64,000 bases of DNA from an uncultured delta proteobacterium (GTDB lineage: Bacteria > Desulfobacterota > Desulfobacteria > Desulfobacterales > UBA2156). The stretch spans positions 227,609-291,608 of the forward strand of contig CAVOQY010000004.1 in assembly GCA_963698465.1 (NCBI GenBank). Reading direction: 5' to 3'. The position numbers were made by a program, and so were the translations under genes. The stretch's first letter is position 1. Every line of letters begins with the position of its first letter. Shown here piece after piece: positions 47,592 through 58,411 of this stretch. The notes below the pieces were generated by a model. The model did not search any database. It had not been told where the DNA came from and was given only the letters and a program-made list of their open reading frames with translations.

Positions 47592-48959
47592 TTAACCGCG
47601 GAGATTCTTGAAGATCTCAAAGCTCATGAGGGTCTCGAGCGCCCGGCGGATCTGATAATCCCGTTTCAAGGCGTCGGCATCCAGGGGCCCGAAGCGGGAA
47701 CGGGTCTCTTTCATTTCCTCAAGCCGTTCCTGCATATTTTCCGGTAAGTCCCGACCCCCCGAGGGCTGCCCCGGCGCCGCATCGAGATGGTTTTTCAGGT
47801 CTTTTTCCCTTAGCAGCCCGGCCTCGGAGTCCCCTTTTCCTTTTTCCGGAAAGGCCATGGGCCTGACTTCTATGTCGGGGAGGATGCCCTGGGCCTGGAT
47901 GGATCGCCCGCTGGGGGTGTAATAGCGGGCGATGGTATATTTGAGGCCGTAGCCGTCTCTCAGCGCTTCCACCGTCTGGACCGAACCTTTTCCAAAGGAC
48001 GTCGTCCCCATGATCACTGCCTTCTTTTGATCCTGAAGGGCCCCTGCCACGATCTCGGAGGCGCTGGCACTCCCCTCGTTGATGAGGGCCACGATGGGGT
48101 AACGGCGCGCCAAGGTGTTCCGGTGGGCGTTGTAGACTTTGTTGTGCTTTTTCTGCCGACCCTTGATGGAAACGATAATGCCTTCTTCCAGGAAAAGGTC
48201 TGCCACTTCGATGGCCTGGTTCAACAGCCCGCCGGGGTTGTCCCTGAGATCGAGCACGAGCCCCTTGAATCCGCCGGTATCGGATTCCAGTTCCTTGAGG
48301 GCCTCGATGAGTTCCTTGATGGTGTTTTCGTTGAAATTGGTGATTCGCACGTATCCATATCCCGGGGCCAGGATCTTATGCTTGACGCTTTCGATGGGAA
48401 TGATGTCCCTGACCAGGGTGTACTCTTTGGGCTCCGCCTCCCCTTTCCTCTGGATGGTAATTCGAACGGTGGTCTTCTGGGGCCCCCGCATCTTTTTCAC
48501 CGCCTCCCAAAGCATCATGTCCTTGGTGGGGTCGTCGTTGATTTTGACGATCTGGTCCCCGGCCTTGATGCCTGCTTTGTGGGCCGGAGTCCCTTCGATG
48601 GGCGCAATGACGGTGAGCACCCCTTTTTGAATGGCGATCACGATGCCGACCCCTCCGAATTCTCCGCGGGTGTCGATCTGGAGTTCGTTGAAGGCGTCTG
48701 GAGGCAGGAAAGAAGAATGGGGGTCCAGGCCGTTCACCATTCCTTGGATCGCCTTGTGGATCAGGGCCTGGGACTCCACCGGGTCCACGTAATTTTTTTC
48801 GATGAGGTCGATCACGTCGGAAAAAATTTTAAGACCCTTGTAGGTCTCCTCGCTGCCAGCCGAGGGATTGGGAACCGCGGGCGGAATAATCGCCCAGCAT
48901 ACCGCAACGATTCCGACGATCCAAAGCCATTTCCACCGGCTCATTTTATTGTGGGACAT
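47592..48959 (-). CDS. ctpA: Carboxy-terminal processing protease, S41 family (CtpA-like)
   Basis: LDPHS, PDZ GVGI, LDLRDNPGG, SASASEIVAGAL, FGKGSVQ, YYTPSGRSIQ. Confidence 0.92.
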   Translation of the reverse strand: MSHNKMSRWKWLWIVGIVAVCWAIIPPAVPNPSAGSEETYKGLKIFSDVIDLIEKNYVDPVESQALIHKAIQGMVNGLDPHSSFLPPDAFNELQIDTRGEFGGVGIVIAIQKGVLTVIAPIEGTPAHKAGIKAGDQIVKINDDPTKDMMLWEAVKKMRGPQKTTVRITIQRKGEAEPKEYTLVRDIIPIESVKHKILAPGYGYVRITNFNENTIKELIEALKELESDTGGFKGLVLDLRDNPGGLLNQAIEVADLFLEEGIIVSIKGRQKKHNKVYNAHRNTLARRYPIVALINEGSASASEIVAGALQDQKKAVIMGTTSFGKGSVQTVEALRDGYGLKYTIARYYTPSGRSIQAQGILPDIEVRPMAFPEKGKGDSEAGLLREKDLKNHLDAAPGQPSGGRDLPENMQERLEEMKETRSRFGPLDADALKRDYQIRRALETLMSFEIFKNLRG

Positions 48960-48973
48960 GGAGTTCTCCTTTT

Positions 48974-50395
48974 CTAACTCGCTTTTAGCCAAATCAAGGG
49001 GTCGACGGCCTTTTCATGGCTGCGGACTTCAAAATACAGCTTCCGGCCTTCCCGGGAGCCGGACTCTCCCACCGTGGCGATGACTTCACCGGACTCCACG
49101 CTTTCTCCATTTCCTTTGAACAGTTCCCGGGCACGGGCGTACACCGTAAAAAATCCTTGGCCGTGGTCGATGATGATCAGGTTTCCATAGCCCCGAAACC
49201 AGTCCGAAAAAACGACCTTTCCCCCGAAGACCGCCTTGACGGGGGATCCTTCCCCGGCTTCGATCTCGATCCCGTTGCGCTGGGTTTCCGCGTTAAGCAC
49301 CGCGGATTTGTACACCCCGAACCGTCCCACTATCTTACCCTCAACAGGCATCTCAAGCAACCCTTTCATGGCTGAAAAAGCGCCGTCACTGGGCAACTCC
49401 CGCCCGCCCGGTTTCATTTGATGCCGAAGGGATTTCAGGGTTTCTTCCAGCCGATCGGCCGCCTTGTTGAGATCCTGAAGGGCAGCCAGCTGAAGCCCCT
49501 TCTGCTCCCAAATCGCCTTCAGGAGGCCGGCCCGCTTGTCCTTTTCCGCCGCCACGGCCTGGATTTGAGAGCGGTATGTCTGCTCCAGGGCCTCTTTTTC
49601 CTTTTCCTTTTTCCTCAACTCTCCCAAGGCCTGCCTCAACGCGGCCTTCTTTTCCGAGAGAGCGGAAAGAACCGCTTCATCCTGCTCGAGGATCCGGCCA
49701 AGACCCTCTTCGAGATAGAGGTATTCATGAACGGACCGGGCCGAAACAAGAAAAGGCAATGTTCCCATCCGGTTGAGCTTATAAAGAGCCACCAACCTTT
49801 TCAGGGCATCTTCCTTGAGCGCAGTCACCTGACGGGTCAGCTGGAGCGAATGTTTCTCAAGGGTCTCGACCTTTTTTTTAAGCCCGCCCAATTGGGATTG
49901 GATTCGGATTTGTTGCCTGTCCAAGCGGTTCAGGGAACGTTCCGTCTCGTGGAGCGCATCGAGTACGGCGGCCTCACGCCCGGAGAGGCTGCGCACCTCT
50001 TCCTGCCGCACCTCGATGTCTTTTTCGATTCGCGAGGCCTTTTCCTCCAGGAGTCGAAGGCGGGTTTCCTGCACGTCCTGCCTGACATCGTCCGCAAGGA
50101 CTTGGATGTATTCCGGAAGGCCGCGGACATACCCCGATGTCCGGCCGGAGACCACCTTGAGCCAGCCTTTTTCCCGGCCCAAAATCTTCACACGGGTCCC
50201 GGATTCCAGGATATCCAGGGAAACGGAGTCAAGGCCAGGCCCGCTGCGGAGGTTCAAGCGGTCCGCGATAACAATTCCCATCCGGGCCGTCCCTTCCCCT
50301 CGCGCGGCGGCCGGGTTCGAAAGGACAGCCACGACCAGGAGACAGACGATCAGTGTCGCAGAAATCCTTTGAGTGAGAGATAACATCCGATCCAT
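48974..50395 (-). CDS. envC: EnvC-like murein hydrolase activator with N-terminal SH3 domain
   Basis: SH3b LNLRSGPG..GWLKV; long coiled coil; degenerate M23 domain (NGIEI, GYGNLIIIDHG, LYFEVR); downstream of ftsEX; start may be 50386. Confidence 0.85.
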   Translation of the reverse strand: MDRMLSLTQRISATLIVCLLVVAVLSNPAAARGEGTARMGIVIADRLNLRSGPGLDSVSLDILESGTRVKILGREKGWLKVVSGRTSGYVRGLPEYIQVLADDVRQDVQETRLRLLEEKASRIEKDIEVRQEEVRSLSGREAAVLDALHETERSLNRLDRQQIRIQSQLGGLKKKVETLEKHSLQLTRQVTALKEDALKRLVALYKLNRMGTLPFLVSARSVHEYLYLEEGLGRILEQDEAVLSALSEKKAALRQALGELRKKEKEKEALEQTYRSQIQAVAAEKDKRAGLLKAIWEQKGLQLAALQDLNKAADRLEETLKSLRHQMKPGGRELPSDGAFSAMKGLLEMPVEGKIVGRFGVYKSAVLNAETQRNGIEIEAGEGSPVKAVFGGKVVFSDWFRGYGNLIIIDHGQGFFTVYARARELFKGNGESVESGEVIATVGESGSREGRKLYFEVRSHEKAVDPLIWLKAS

Positions 50396-51228
50396 CCTGC
50401 CAGCATGGCGCCTCCCGCTATGGAGGAAACCATCAGGAAAGAAAAATACCGCCCTCCCCCGACCCCTATGGGCAGATATTCCCCGACGCTGGCCGAAGCA
50501 ACCCGAAATAATCCGTAGAGGACCCCCAGACCCAGGACCCCGCCGAACAAGCCCTGGATCATCCCCTGAAAATAAAAAGGCATTTTAATGAAACGATCCG
50601 TAGCGCCGATGAGCCGCATGATCTCGATCTCCTGCTGCCGGGAATACAGCACCAGACGGATGGTGTTGGCCACGATGAAAACGGCGGCCACGACGAAAAG
50701 CGCTCCCACGGCTACACCCGCGAGCCGGAAGAGGTTCATGAGCCCGGATATCCGGTTCAGCCACACCCTTCCGTAGGAAACCTCCTCGACGGATTCCATT
50801 TTTTCGATCGCCTTGACGATTTCCTCGATCCGGCCTGGATCGAGAGCACTCGCCTCCGGGTTGATCTCGAAGGCATCGGGAAGTGGATTATTTTCCAGAT
50901 CCGCAAGAACCGCTTCCAGGGATCGCACCCGTGCTTTCATCCTTGACAGGCCCTCTTCCTTGGAAACGAACTCTATCCCCGAAACGCCTTCGAGCCGCCG
51001 GATACGGCTCTCGAGAAGCCGGCGGTTTTCGACGGAGGTCTCCGCTTTGAGATAAACCAAAATGCGAACACCGTGCCGCCATTTCTCAATGAGGTCTCCG
51101 AAATTGACGGCGAGCAGTCCGAATGCGCTTACGATCAGCACGGAAAGCGAGATGGTGACGACGGTGACTGTGTTGAGGAATTTGTTGGCTGCGATGTCCC
51201 TCAGGGCCCTTTGCCAGTAACGGTACAT
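50350..51228 (-). CDS. ftsX: Cell division permease FtsX
   Basis: FVSKEE, NNPLPDAF, VANTIRL..RQQEIEIMRLIGAT..FIKMPF. Confidence 0.93.
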   Translation of the reverse strand: MYRYWQRALRDIAANKFLNTVTVVTISLSVLIVSAFGLLAVNFGDLIEKWRHGVRILVYLKAETSVENRRLLESRIRRLEGVSGIEFVSKEEGLSRMKARVRSLEAVLADLENNPLPDAFEINPEASALDPGRIEEIVKAIEKMESVEEVSYGRVWLNRISGLMNLFRLAGVAVGALFVVAAVFIVANTIRLVLYSRQQEIEIMRLIGATDRFIKMPFYFQGMIQGLFGGVLGLGVLYGLFRVASASVGEYLPIGVGGGRYFSFLMVSSIAGGAMLAGWIGCYLSLKGFLRH

Positions 51229-51253
51229 GTGCTTTTTTTAACCGCGCGCCGGG

Positions 51254-51937
51254 TCACCGGTCGGCGGCCAGCCTTCCCCGGTCCAGATGGATCAACCGTC
51301 CGCCGGCGTTTCGAATCAGGTCCCGGTCATGGGTCGCGATGAGGAGTGTGGCCCCCTGCTCCCGGCACCGGTCGAACAGCGCCAGGATGGCGGCCGCGGA
51401 TTCGGGATCCAGGCTTCCCGTGGGTTCGTCCGCCAGGATGATCTTCGGGTCACCCACAATGGCCCGTGCCACGGCTACCCGTTGCTGTTCCCCGCCGGAC
51501 AGGCTCGGCGGCAACGCCTCCATTTTTTCCTCCATTCCCACGATTCTCAACACGCTTTTTACTTTTTTTTCGACAAATCGCCTCTTGTGCCCCGCCGCCT
51601 CGAGAACCAGGGCCACGTTTTCGAATGCTGTTTTATCCGGGATCAGCTTGTAGTCCTGAAAAATGATCCCCATCTTGCGCCTGAGATCAGGGATCCGTTT
51701 CCGGGGAACGCGGGACAGGTTCATGCCGTCCACAAGGACCTGCCCCTCCGTCGCCGGTTCCCCCAGGTAGAGGAGCCTTAAAAGCGTGGTTTTGCCTGCG
51801 CCGCTGGCGCCGCTGACCAGGACAAACTCGTTTTCGGTTATTTCCAGGGAGATGTCGTTGAGTGCTGTCTTGGAGCCGAAACGCTTGTAAACGTGGAACA
51901 GGCGGATGATCGGAAGTTTTTCATCCCCTTCGATCAT
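51254..51937 (-). CDS. ftsE: Cell division ATP-binding protein FtsE
   Basis: GASGAGKTT, LRRKMGIIFQDYKL, LSGGEQQRV, ADEPTG; upstream of ftsX. Confidence 0.93.
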   Translation of the reverse strand: MIEGDEKLPIIRLFHVYKRFGSKTALNDISLEITENEFVLVSGASGAGKTTLLRLLYLGEPATEGQVLVDGMNLSRVPRKRIPDLRRKMGIIFQDYKLIPDKTAFENVALVLEAAGHKRRFVEKKVKSVLRIVGMEEKMEALPPSLSGGEQQRVAVARAIVGDPKIILADEPTGSLDPESAAAILALFDRCREQGATLLIATHDRDLIRNAGGRLIHLDRGRLAADR

Positions 51938-53304
51938 TCCAGAGTTTCCTGGCCCATTGCCCGCTGCAAAGACGCCTTGGCGATCTTGAAAAAATACAGG
52001 GCGCTGTAATAGTTGGTCATCGCCCTGGAAAGAAGCGTCTGGGCGTCGAAGACCTCCAGCGAGGTGGCCATCTGGGCCCCATAGCGCTCCTGGGTGATCC
52101 GGAAATTTTCCTTGGCCTGTTCGATGGCCTTTTGGGCCGTGACGATGGCCTTCTCGGACTCCATGGTCTTGAGGTAGGTGTCCGTCACCTCCAGTCGGAT
52201 CTGATCGAACAGGGCCTCTCTCCGGTGTCTGGCCTGCTGGAGGCGGCTCAGCTTTTCTTTAACCCCGAAATGGGTACGTCCCCACTGCCACAAGTCCCAG
52301 GATGCCGTCGCCTTCACGTTCCAACCGCTGGAATCGCTGTAAAGGCCCGCGCCCCCGCTGGCATCCCAATCGGTCCCTTCCTGGTAATAAGTCCAGCTCA
52401 GGTTCACCATCGGGTAGAAGTCCTTTTCCGCCATCTTCACGTCTTTTTCGGAGAGGTCCACCTCCAGGTCCGCCCGCTTGATCTCCAGGCGGGATGCCTC
52501 CGCCGTCCTGAGGCTCTCCTGAAGATCCAACTTAAAGGAGGTGTAATCCAGGATATCCTCGATTTTGACCGGGGCGGTGACAGGGCGCCTCAAAAGGGTG
52601 TTGAAGTTGGCCTCGGCCACCTCCATCTCATTTTGAGATGCGATCAGCTCCTGACGGGCATTGGCCACTTCCACCTGGGCTTTCAGCAGGTCATTGAGGG
52701 GGGTCATTCCGACCTCATAGAACTGTCGGGCCACTTCCTCCTGGCTTTCGCTTCGAGCCACCGCCTCCCGGGTCACTTCCGTCAGCTTCTGGGTCCGGAG
52801 CAGGTTGAAATAAGCCTTCTTGGCCGCCAGGACGATGTCCTGGCGGGTCAGCAGTTCGGCCGTCTGGGCGACCTCGAGGCGCATTTTTGAAACCTCGTAC
52901 CGGTTGAGAATCGAAAACCCGGTAAATAGGGGTTGGCTGAGTGAGGCGGCAAAGGAATACCTGTCCTGAGGCGTGACGATTCCGAAGCCTTGCAGGGCAA
53001 ACTCCTCGTCGTTGCGCTGGTATTGGTAGGAAAGATTCGCCGCAGGCAAGAAATAGGAGCGTGCAACCTTTTTTGAAGACTCGGCGGCCTGGATTTCGTC
53101 CCGGGAGACCTTCAGGTTCAAATTGACTTCAAGTGCCCGCTCCACGCTCTGCTTGAGGGAAAAGACCTGGTCTTTGCTTTCCGAAGCAGGAGCGGTTCCT
53201 CTGAAAACCCCTGCCCCGGCAAGCATGGACAACCCGAGAAGAAAGGCCTTTCTCCAATGTCGATATCCTGACGCCGAAAATCGATTTTCCATGTCTGCCC
53301 GCAT
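51934..53304 (-). CDS. TolC-family outer membrane efflux protein
   Basis: Signal peptide, two OEP repeats (LSQPLFTG, AYFNLL, YEVG, RYGAQ). Confidence 0.88.
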   Translation of the reverse strand: MRADMENRFSASGYRHWRKAFLLGLSMLAGAGVFRGTAPASESKDQVFSLKQSVERALEVNLNLKVSRDEIQAAESSKKVARSYFLPAANLSYQYQRNDEEFALQGFGIVTPQDRYSFAASLSQPLFTGFSILNRYEVSKMRLEVAQTAELLTRQDIVLAAKKAYFNLLRTQKLTEVTREAVARSESQEEVARQFYEVGMTPLNDLLKAQVEVANARQELIASQNEMEVAEANFNTLLRRPVTAPVKIEDILDYTSFKLDLQESLRTAEASRLEIKRADLEVDLSEKDVKMAEKDFYPMVNLSWTYYQEGTDWDASGGAGLYSDSSGWNVKATASWDLWQWGRTHFGVKEKLSRLQQARHRREALFDQIRLEVTDTYLKTMESEKAIVTAQKAIEQAKENFRITQERYGAQMATSLEVFDAQTLLSRAMTNYYSALYFFKIAKASLQRAMGQETLE

Positions 53305-53503
53305 TTTTTTTAATTGACCCTAGGGTCCGTTGTTGTTATGGGAATGGACGAATGAGGAGTGCCGTCAACGGTTTTCCTTGTTTCACGCCTCCGCTGAAAC
53401 CCAATCCATTGGCTTCTTCCATTTCGGTGGAGGCTTTATTATCCGATCGGGCCTTTTTAATCAACCCTTTCTTGGCAGGGCTCACGTTGAAGGGACTCGG
53501 GGA

Positions 53504-54088
53504 ATGAACGCACTGGATGCAATGAAACAGGAATTGATTCACCTGCTTTGCGATAAATCCTTCCAATACAGCCGGGAACCGAAATTCAGGCTGGTCTCGG
53601 GGAGAATGAGTCGCTTTTACGTCAACTGCAAGCCTGTCACCCTCAGCCCGAGGGGGATGTATCTCATCGGGCATCTGGTATTCGATCACATCAGAACGCT
53701 GTCGGTGGATGCCATCGGCGGCATGACCTTCGGCGCGGACCCCATGGCCTGCGCAGTGGCCTTTGTTTCGGGAATGCTGGAAAATCCCATCAAGGCCTTT
53801 TCCATCCGAAAAACCCAAAAAGATCACGGGATTGTTCGTTGGATAGAGGGTGATGTCACGCCCGGTGAACGGGTGGTGGTCATCGACGATGTTGCGACCA
53901 CCGGGGGATCCACGATCCAGGCCATCGAACGCTCCCGTTCGGAGGGGTTGGAGGTGGTCCGGGCGGTGATTCTGGTAGACCGGCAGGAGGGCGGACTGGA
54001 AAATATCCGGAAAGCCGTTCCGGAAGTCTCTGCCGTCATCTCCCGGGAAGAACTGATGGTCTGCTGGGGTTCCTTGCACCCGGGTTAG
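53504..54088 (+). CDS. pyrE: Orotate phosphoribosyltransferase
   Basis: [27 protein letters not shown] motif [19 protein letters not shown]. Confidence 0.93.
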   Translation: MNALDAMKQELIHLLCDKSFQYSREPKFRLVSGRMSRFYVNCKPVTLSPRGMYLIGHLVFDHIRTLSVDAIGGMTFGADPMACAVAFVSGMLENPIKAFSIRKTQKDHGIVRWIEGDVTPGERVVVIDDVATTGGSTIQAIERSRSEGLEVVRAVILVDRQEGGLENIRKAVPEVSAVISREELMVCWGSLHPG

Positions 54089-54097
54089 ACGAAACCT

Positions 54098-54478
54098 TTA
54101 GTCTGCAGGCAGGGTATAAGTGGCACAGGCGTCGTCCGACTCCCAGGCGGTAACCCGAGTCACCCGGACGCCTGAGGACCTGAGGGCCTCCTGAAGACGT
54201 TTCGCGATCCAAGCCGCGATGTTTTCCGAAGACGGTGGGAGGCGGTCCTGGAAAGGCTCAAGCTCGTTTAAAAATCGATGGTCCAGTTCTCCGACGATGC
54301 TGGAAAGCCGGGTTTTAACCTCTCCGAAGTCGATTAACACTCCGGCGCTGTTCAGGCGTTCCCCTGCGACGCAGGCCTCTATGGTCCAGTTGTGACCATG
54401 GAGGTTTTCGCATTTTTTTGCCACCAGTTTCAGTTGGTGGGCTGCGGCAAAGCGGGTGGTGACTTTCAATTCATACAC
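54098..54478 (-). CDS. queD: 6-carboxy-5,6,7,8-tetrahydropterin synthase
   Basis: FAAAH, CENLHGHNW, IDF, LDHRFLN, SSENIA, WES; GTG start. Confidence 0.92.
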   Translation of the reverse strand: MYELKVTTRFAAAHQLKLVAKKCENLHGHNWTIEACVAGERLNSAGVLIDFGEVKTRLSSIVGELDHRFLNELEPFQDRLPPSSENIAAWIAKRLQEALRSSGVRVTRVTAWESDDACATYTLPAD

Positions 54479-54549
54479 CGCAAAGGTCCTTTTCTTTTAA
54501 AGGGGTTCTCCTGAAACACGATCCGGGTCATCGCGACTTCCCGCGCGGA

Positions 54550-55677
54550 TCAATTCTGCCTGCCCAAGGCGTCCCCTTTTAAAATATTTTTCAATTTGTT
54601 GGAAAATTTATTGGATTCCAGTTTGGCGAACTCCCTCAGAAGGGACTCCTGCTTCTTGTTCAGGTGGGTAGGGGTTTTCACCAGAACCTGAACGATCTGG
54701 TCTCCACGCCTCCCGTTTCGTAAAGAGGGGATCCCTTCTCCATGGAGCCGGAAAATGTCTCCCGGTTGGGTTCCTTTGGTGATTTCAAGGGATTTCTTGC
54801 CGTCAAGGGTGGGAACCGTGATGGTGGTTCCCAGGGCGGCCTGGACAAAGGAAATGGGAATCTGACAAAGGACGTTCGTGTCCTCCCGGTGAAAAAAGTC
54901 GTGGGGCCTTGTGTGGATGAAGACATACAGGTCTCCCGGGGGCCCGCCATAGGCGCCGGATTCCCCCTCACCCGTAAGACGCAACCGCGAACCATTGTCT
55001 ACCCCAGCTGGAATCTTGACCGAAACTTTTTTCCGGACCCGCTCCTGGCCCGTTCCCCGGCATAGGGTGCAGGGATCCGGTATCGTCTGCCCGTTTCCAT
55101 GACATCCGGGGCAGGCCGTTCGGACAGTGAAGAACCCCTGGCTCCGGGAGACTTGCCCCGATCCCCCGCAGTGCCGGCACGTTTCCGGTTGCGTTCCCGG
55201 AACACACCCGGTCCCTGAACAGGCGGAGCACCCCTGCTGCTTTTCCACCTCGATCTGGGTCTCGATGCCCCGGGCAGCTTCCATGAAGTCAAGTTCCAGA
55301 TCAAAGCGCAGATCCGCACCGCGGTTGGATCTCGAACGGGAGGCCCTGCGTCCTCCGAAACCGAAAAAATCCTCGAAAATGTCCCCGAAGCTCGAAAAGA
55401 TGTCTTCGAAACCGCTGAAACCGGAAAATCCAGACCCTTCGAGACCCCGGTGGCCGAATTGATCGTAGAGGTCCCTTTTTCTCGGGTCCCGGAGCACTTC
55501 ATAGGCTTCAGCCGCTTCCTTGAAGCTCTCCTCGGCCATTTTGTCTCCTGGATTTCGATCCGGGTGATATTTCAGGGCGAGTTTTCGGTAGGCGGCTTTG
55601 ATCTCGTCTTGGCCGGCATGCCGTTCCACCCCCAGTATTTCGTAATAATCCCTTTTGTTACCCATGGTTTCGGTCAT
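54550..55677 (-). CDS. dnaJ: Chaperone DnaJ
   Basis: DYYEILG, HPD, G/F region, four CxxCxGxG repeats; start 55677 or 55665. Confidence 0.97.
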   Translation of the reverse strand: MTETMGNKRDYYEILGVERHAGQDEIKAAYRKLALKYHPDRNPGDKMAEESFKEAAEAYEVLRDPRKRDLYDQFGHRGLEGSGFSGFSGFEDIFSSFGDIFEDFFGFGGRRASRSRSNRGADLRFDLELDFMEAARGIETQIEVEKQQGCSACSGTGCVPGTQPETCRHCGGSGQVSRSQGFFTVRTACPGCHGNGQTIPDPCTLCRGTGQERVRKKVSVKIPAGVDNGSRLRLTGEGESGAYGGPPGDLYVFIHTRPHDFFHREDTNVLCQIPISFVQAALGTTITVPTLDGKKSLEITKGTQPGDIFRLHGEGIPSLRNGRRGDQIVQVLVKTPTHLNKKQESLLREFAKLESNKFSNKLKNILKGDALGRQN

Positions 55678-55788
55678 CCGGTGTCGTGGGAAGATCAGGC
55701 ATGATCCTTGAAATTAATGCACAAAAAATCCTTGTCAATCGTTTGGGAGCTTTCATTCGGCAGAAGGCGCCTTTGCCCGCAGGCGGGG

Positions 55789-57444
55789 TCATCCCAGGAA
55801 GGACCGTCTCAGGATCGTATCCTTTTTCCATCGAAGATCGTCCTGATGGGGATAGGCGAGGTTGTAGTGGAGCCCTCGGCTTTCCTTGCGATGCGAAGCG
55901 CAGCGGATGATGAGTTCGGCCACCGTGGCGATGTTGCGCAATTCGACGAGATCGGCATCCACCTTGAAGTCCCAATAATAGTCCTGGATTTCTTTGGCGA
56001 TGAGCTCGATGCGTCTTCTGGCCCTGGCCAACCGCTTTTCGGATCTGACGATGCCCACGTAGTTCCACATGAGCCTTCGAATTTCGTCCCAGTTCTGGGA
56101 AACCACGATCCTTTCGTCGCTGTCGGTGGATCCCACCGGGTCCCAAGGCGGCAGGTCCGGGAAGGGCTCCCGGGACGGCGTCGCCTGATCCTGGAGGGCC
56201 TGTCGGGAGGCAGATTGGGCATAAACCAGAGCCTCCAGGAGGGAATTGCTGGCCAGCCGGTTCGCGCCATGGAGGCCCGTGCAGGCCGTCTCGCCGATGG
56301 CGTAAAGACGTTGGATGTCGGTCCTCCCGTACATGTCCGTGACGATTCCGCCGCACATGTAGTGGGCGGCGGGCACCACGGGGATGGGATCCCGGGCCAT
56401 GTCGATTCCGAATTCGAGGCATTTTTGGTAAAGATTGGGAAATCGCTTCCGGATGAAGTCCGGTTCCCGGCTGGTAAGGTCCAGGAAGACGCAATCGTGG
56501 CCGGTTTTTTTAAGTTCTGTGTCGATGGCCCGGGCCACCACGTCCCGGCATGCCAGATCTTTCTGAGGATCGTAGTTTTCCATGAAAGGACGGCCTTCGG
56601 CATCGATGATGACGCCCCCCTCCCCGCGCACCGCTTCCGAGATGAGGAAGTTTTTCGCTTCTGGATGGTAGAGGCATGTCGGGTGAAACTGAACGAACTC
56701 GAGATTGGCCACCGTGGCGCCGGCACGGTACCCCATGGCGATACCGTCCCCCGTGGCGATATCCGGGTTGCTGGTATAAAGATAGACTTTCCCCGTTCCC
56801 CCGGCGGCAAGAACCGTGATCCTTGAGGAAAACGTCTTCACACGCTGGGTCTCGCGGTCTAAAACGTACGCTCCGCAGCAGAAGTCCTCATGAGTGGTGG
56901 TGATGAGCCCCCGTTTCATCCGTGTGGAAACGGTGATGAGGTCGATGGCGATGTGGTTCTCATAAAGGCGGATGTTGGGGTGGCTTTTTGCCAGGTTTAC
57001 GAGCACCTGCTCCACCTCCCTGCCGGTCATGTCGTGGGCGTGAACGATGCGATTCCGGGAGTGTCCCCCTTCCCGCCCCAGATGAAACGGAAGCGGATGA
57101 CCCTTCTCCCTTCCCTCGCTTTCAGATTCGGAGAGGCTGAAGGAGACTCCCATCTCCATCAGTTCCCGGATCCTTTGGGGGCCCTCCGTTACGACCTTCT
57201 CCACCACGTCCGGATGGCACAGACCCGCGCCCGCCGCCAAGGTGTCCTGGATGTGAAGGTCAAAGGAATCCGTTTCCTCGAAGACGGAGGCGATGCCCCC
57301 CTGAGCCAGATTGGTGTTGCTTTCCACCACCGCCTTCTTTGTCACCAGGGCCACCGTTCCGAAATCCGCCACCTTCAAGGCGAAAGAAAGCCCGGCAATC
57401 CCGCTCCCGACGACCAGAAAATCCGATCGGATCTCCCCTTCCAT
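55789..57444 (-). CDS. nadB: L-aspartate oxidase
   Basis: GSGIAGL, AQGGIA, REGGHS..RIVH, QFHPT, LISEAVRGEG, AHYMCGG, LHGANRLASNSLLE, ESRGLHY. Confidence 0.93.
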   Translation of the reverse strand: MEGEIRSDFLVVGSGIAGLSFALKVADFGTVALVTKKAVVESNTNLAQGGIASVFEETDSFDLHIQDTLAAGAGLCHPDVVEKVVTEGPQRIRELMEMGVSFSLSESESEGREKGHPLPFHLGREGGHSRNRIVHAHDMTGREVEQVLVNLAKSHPNIRLYENHIAIDLITVSTRMKRGLITTTHEDFCCGAYVLDRETQRVKTFSSRITVLAAGGTGKVYLYTSNPDIATGDGIAMGYRAGATVANLEFVQFHPTCLYHPEAKNFLISEAVRGEGGVIIDAEGRPFMENYDPQKDLACRDVVARAIDTELKKTGHDCVFLDLTSREPDFIRKRFPNLYQKCLEFGIDMARDPIPVVPAAHYMCGGIVTDMYGRTDIQRLYAIGETACTGLHGANRLASNSLLEALVYAQSASRQALQDQATPSREPFPDLPPWDPVGSTDSDERIVVSQNWDEIRRLMWNYVGIVRSEKRLARARRRIELIAKEIQDYYWDFKVDADLVELRNIATVAELIIRCASHRKESRGLHYNLAYPHQDDLRWKKDTILRRSFLG

Positions 57445-57543
57445 TTCCTGCCCATTCATTTGAACCGCAATAGCGAGCGCATCATAAAAAGCTCCATTCC
57501 TCACGGCAGAAGACTCCCGGCAGCTTGCTGCAGGGAGCTTCAA

Positions 57544-58194
57544 TCATAAGAGCGAAGACCGCCTCCGTTGTCGTTTCGCGCTGAAGCCGATGAGAAACCC
57601 CACGACGAGGACCCCGGCACCGCTTAAAAACCATCGGACATTTTGATGCAGCTGCAGCCGGGTCAGATCCTTTTCGAAACCTTCTGCCCTCTGGGTTACC
57701 TCCTCCAGCGCCGCGGCGGCTTTTTCGTATTTGACCTTCAGGTCCAGATATTCCCCCGACCCCTGTTTCAGGCTTTCATGTTCTGTTTGGAGGGTGGTCA
57801 ATTCGGTCCGGTTCTCTTCAAGCTCTTTCTTCAACTTCCTGGCTTCCTCCGCAAGCCGTGCATTGGCCGTTGAAAGGTCGGCCAGTTTCGTTTTCTGCTC
57901 GGCATTTTCACGCCTGAAGGTTTCCACCAGCAGCACGCTGGGAACATCGGAGGTCAGATGACGGGTCAGGATCCACCCTTCTTTTCCATTGGATACCTGG
58001 ACCTTGGACCAGTCTTCGGCGCGTTCCAGAATTTGCACTTTCTCGCCTGTGCCCACCATGTCGATGACCCGGTAATCCACCCCGGGTCCGGATCTTAAGG
58101 TCACTCGAACGAAATCGTCCACGTAAAGGGTTTCTGCTGAGGCGTTCGGAATGACCAGGAACCCAAGCACAACCAAAATCCCAAGCCTTTTCAT
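57544..58194 (-). CDS. SH3 domain protein (YgiM/TIGR04211-like)
   Basis: Signal peptide, LRSGPG..YRVI..GKEGWI, coiled coil, C-terminal TM WFLSGAGV plus basic tail. Confidence 0.85.
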   Translation of the reverse strand: MKRLGILVVLGFLVIPNASAETLYVDDFVRVTLRSGPGVDYRVIDMVGTGEKVQILERAEDWSKVQVSNGKEGWILTRHLTSDVPSVLLVETFRRENAEQKTKLADLSTANARLAEEARKLKKELEENRTELTTLQTEHESLKQGSGEYLDLKVKYEKAAAALEEVTQRAEGFEKDLTRLQLHQNVRWFLSGAGVLVVGFLIGFSAKRQRRRSSLL

Positions 58195-58411
58195 CGCTCG
58201 TCGGCTCCCTTCGGCCCTCTAGTCTCTATGGGCTTGAATGATATGCTTTTTTTCGTTGACGCGCTTCCCGTTTAGCATTATTATCTTGTCAGGGTCAACT
58301 CCGCTTTTGGAAGCCGGCAGGGCGGGAAAGACGATCCCTTTGGATCGGCAAGAGCCCAGTCTTAGGGGTGCCTCTCGGCCCCGTGAAACCTGACAAACGA
58401 ACCCAACGCGC

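Noticed and set aside
48960-48975. AAGGAGAA at the RBS of ctpA, hsp20 and the 21064 ORF as targets of the candidate sRNA
   Set aside because: 8-9 bp matches to a generic Shine-Dalgarno sequence do not discriminate targets.
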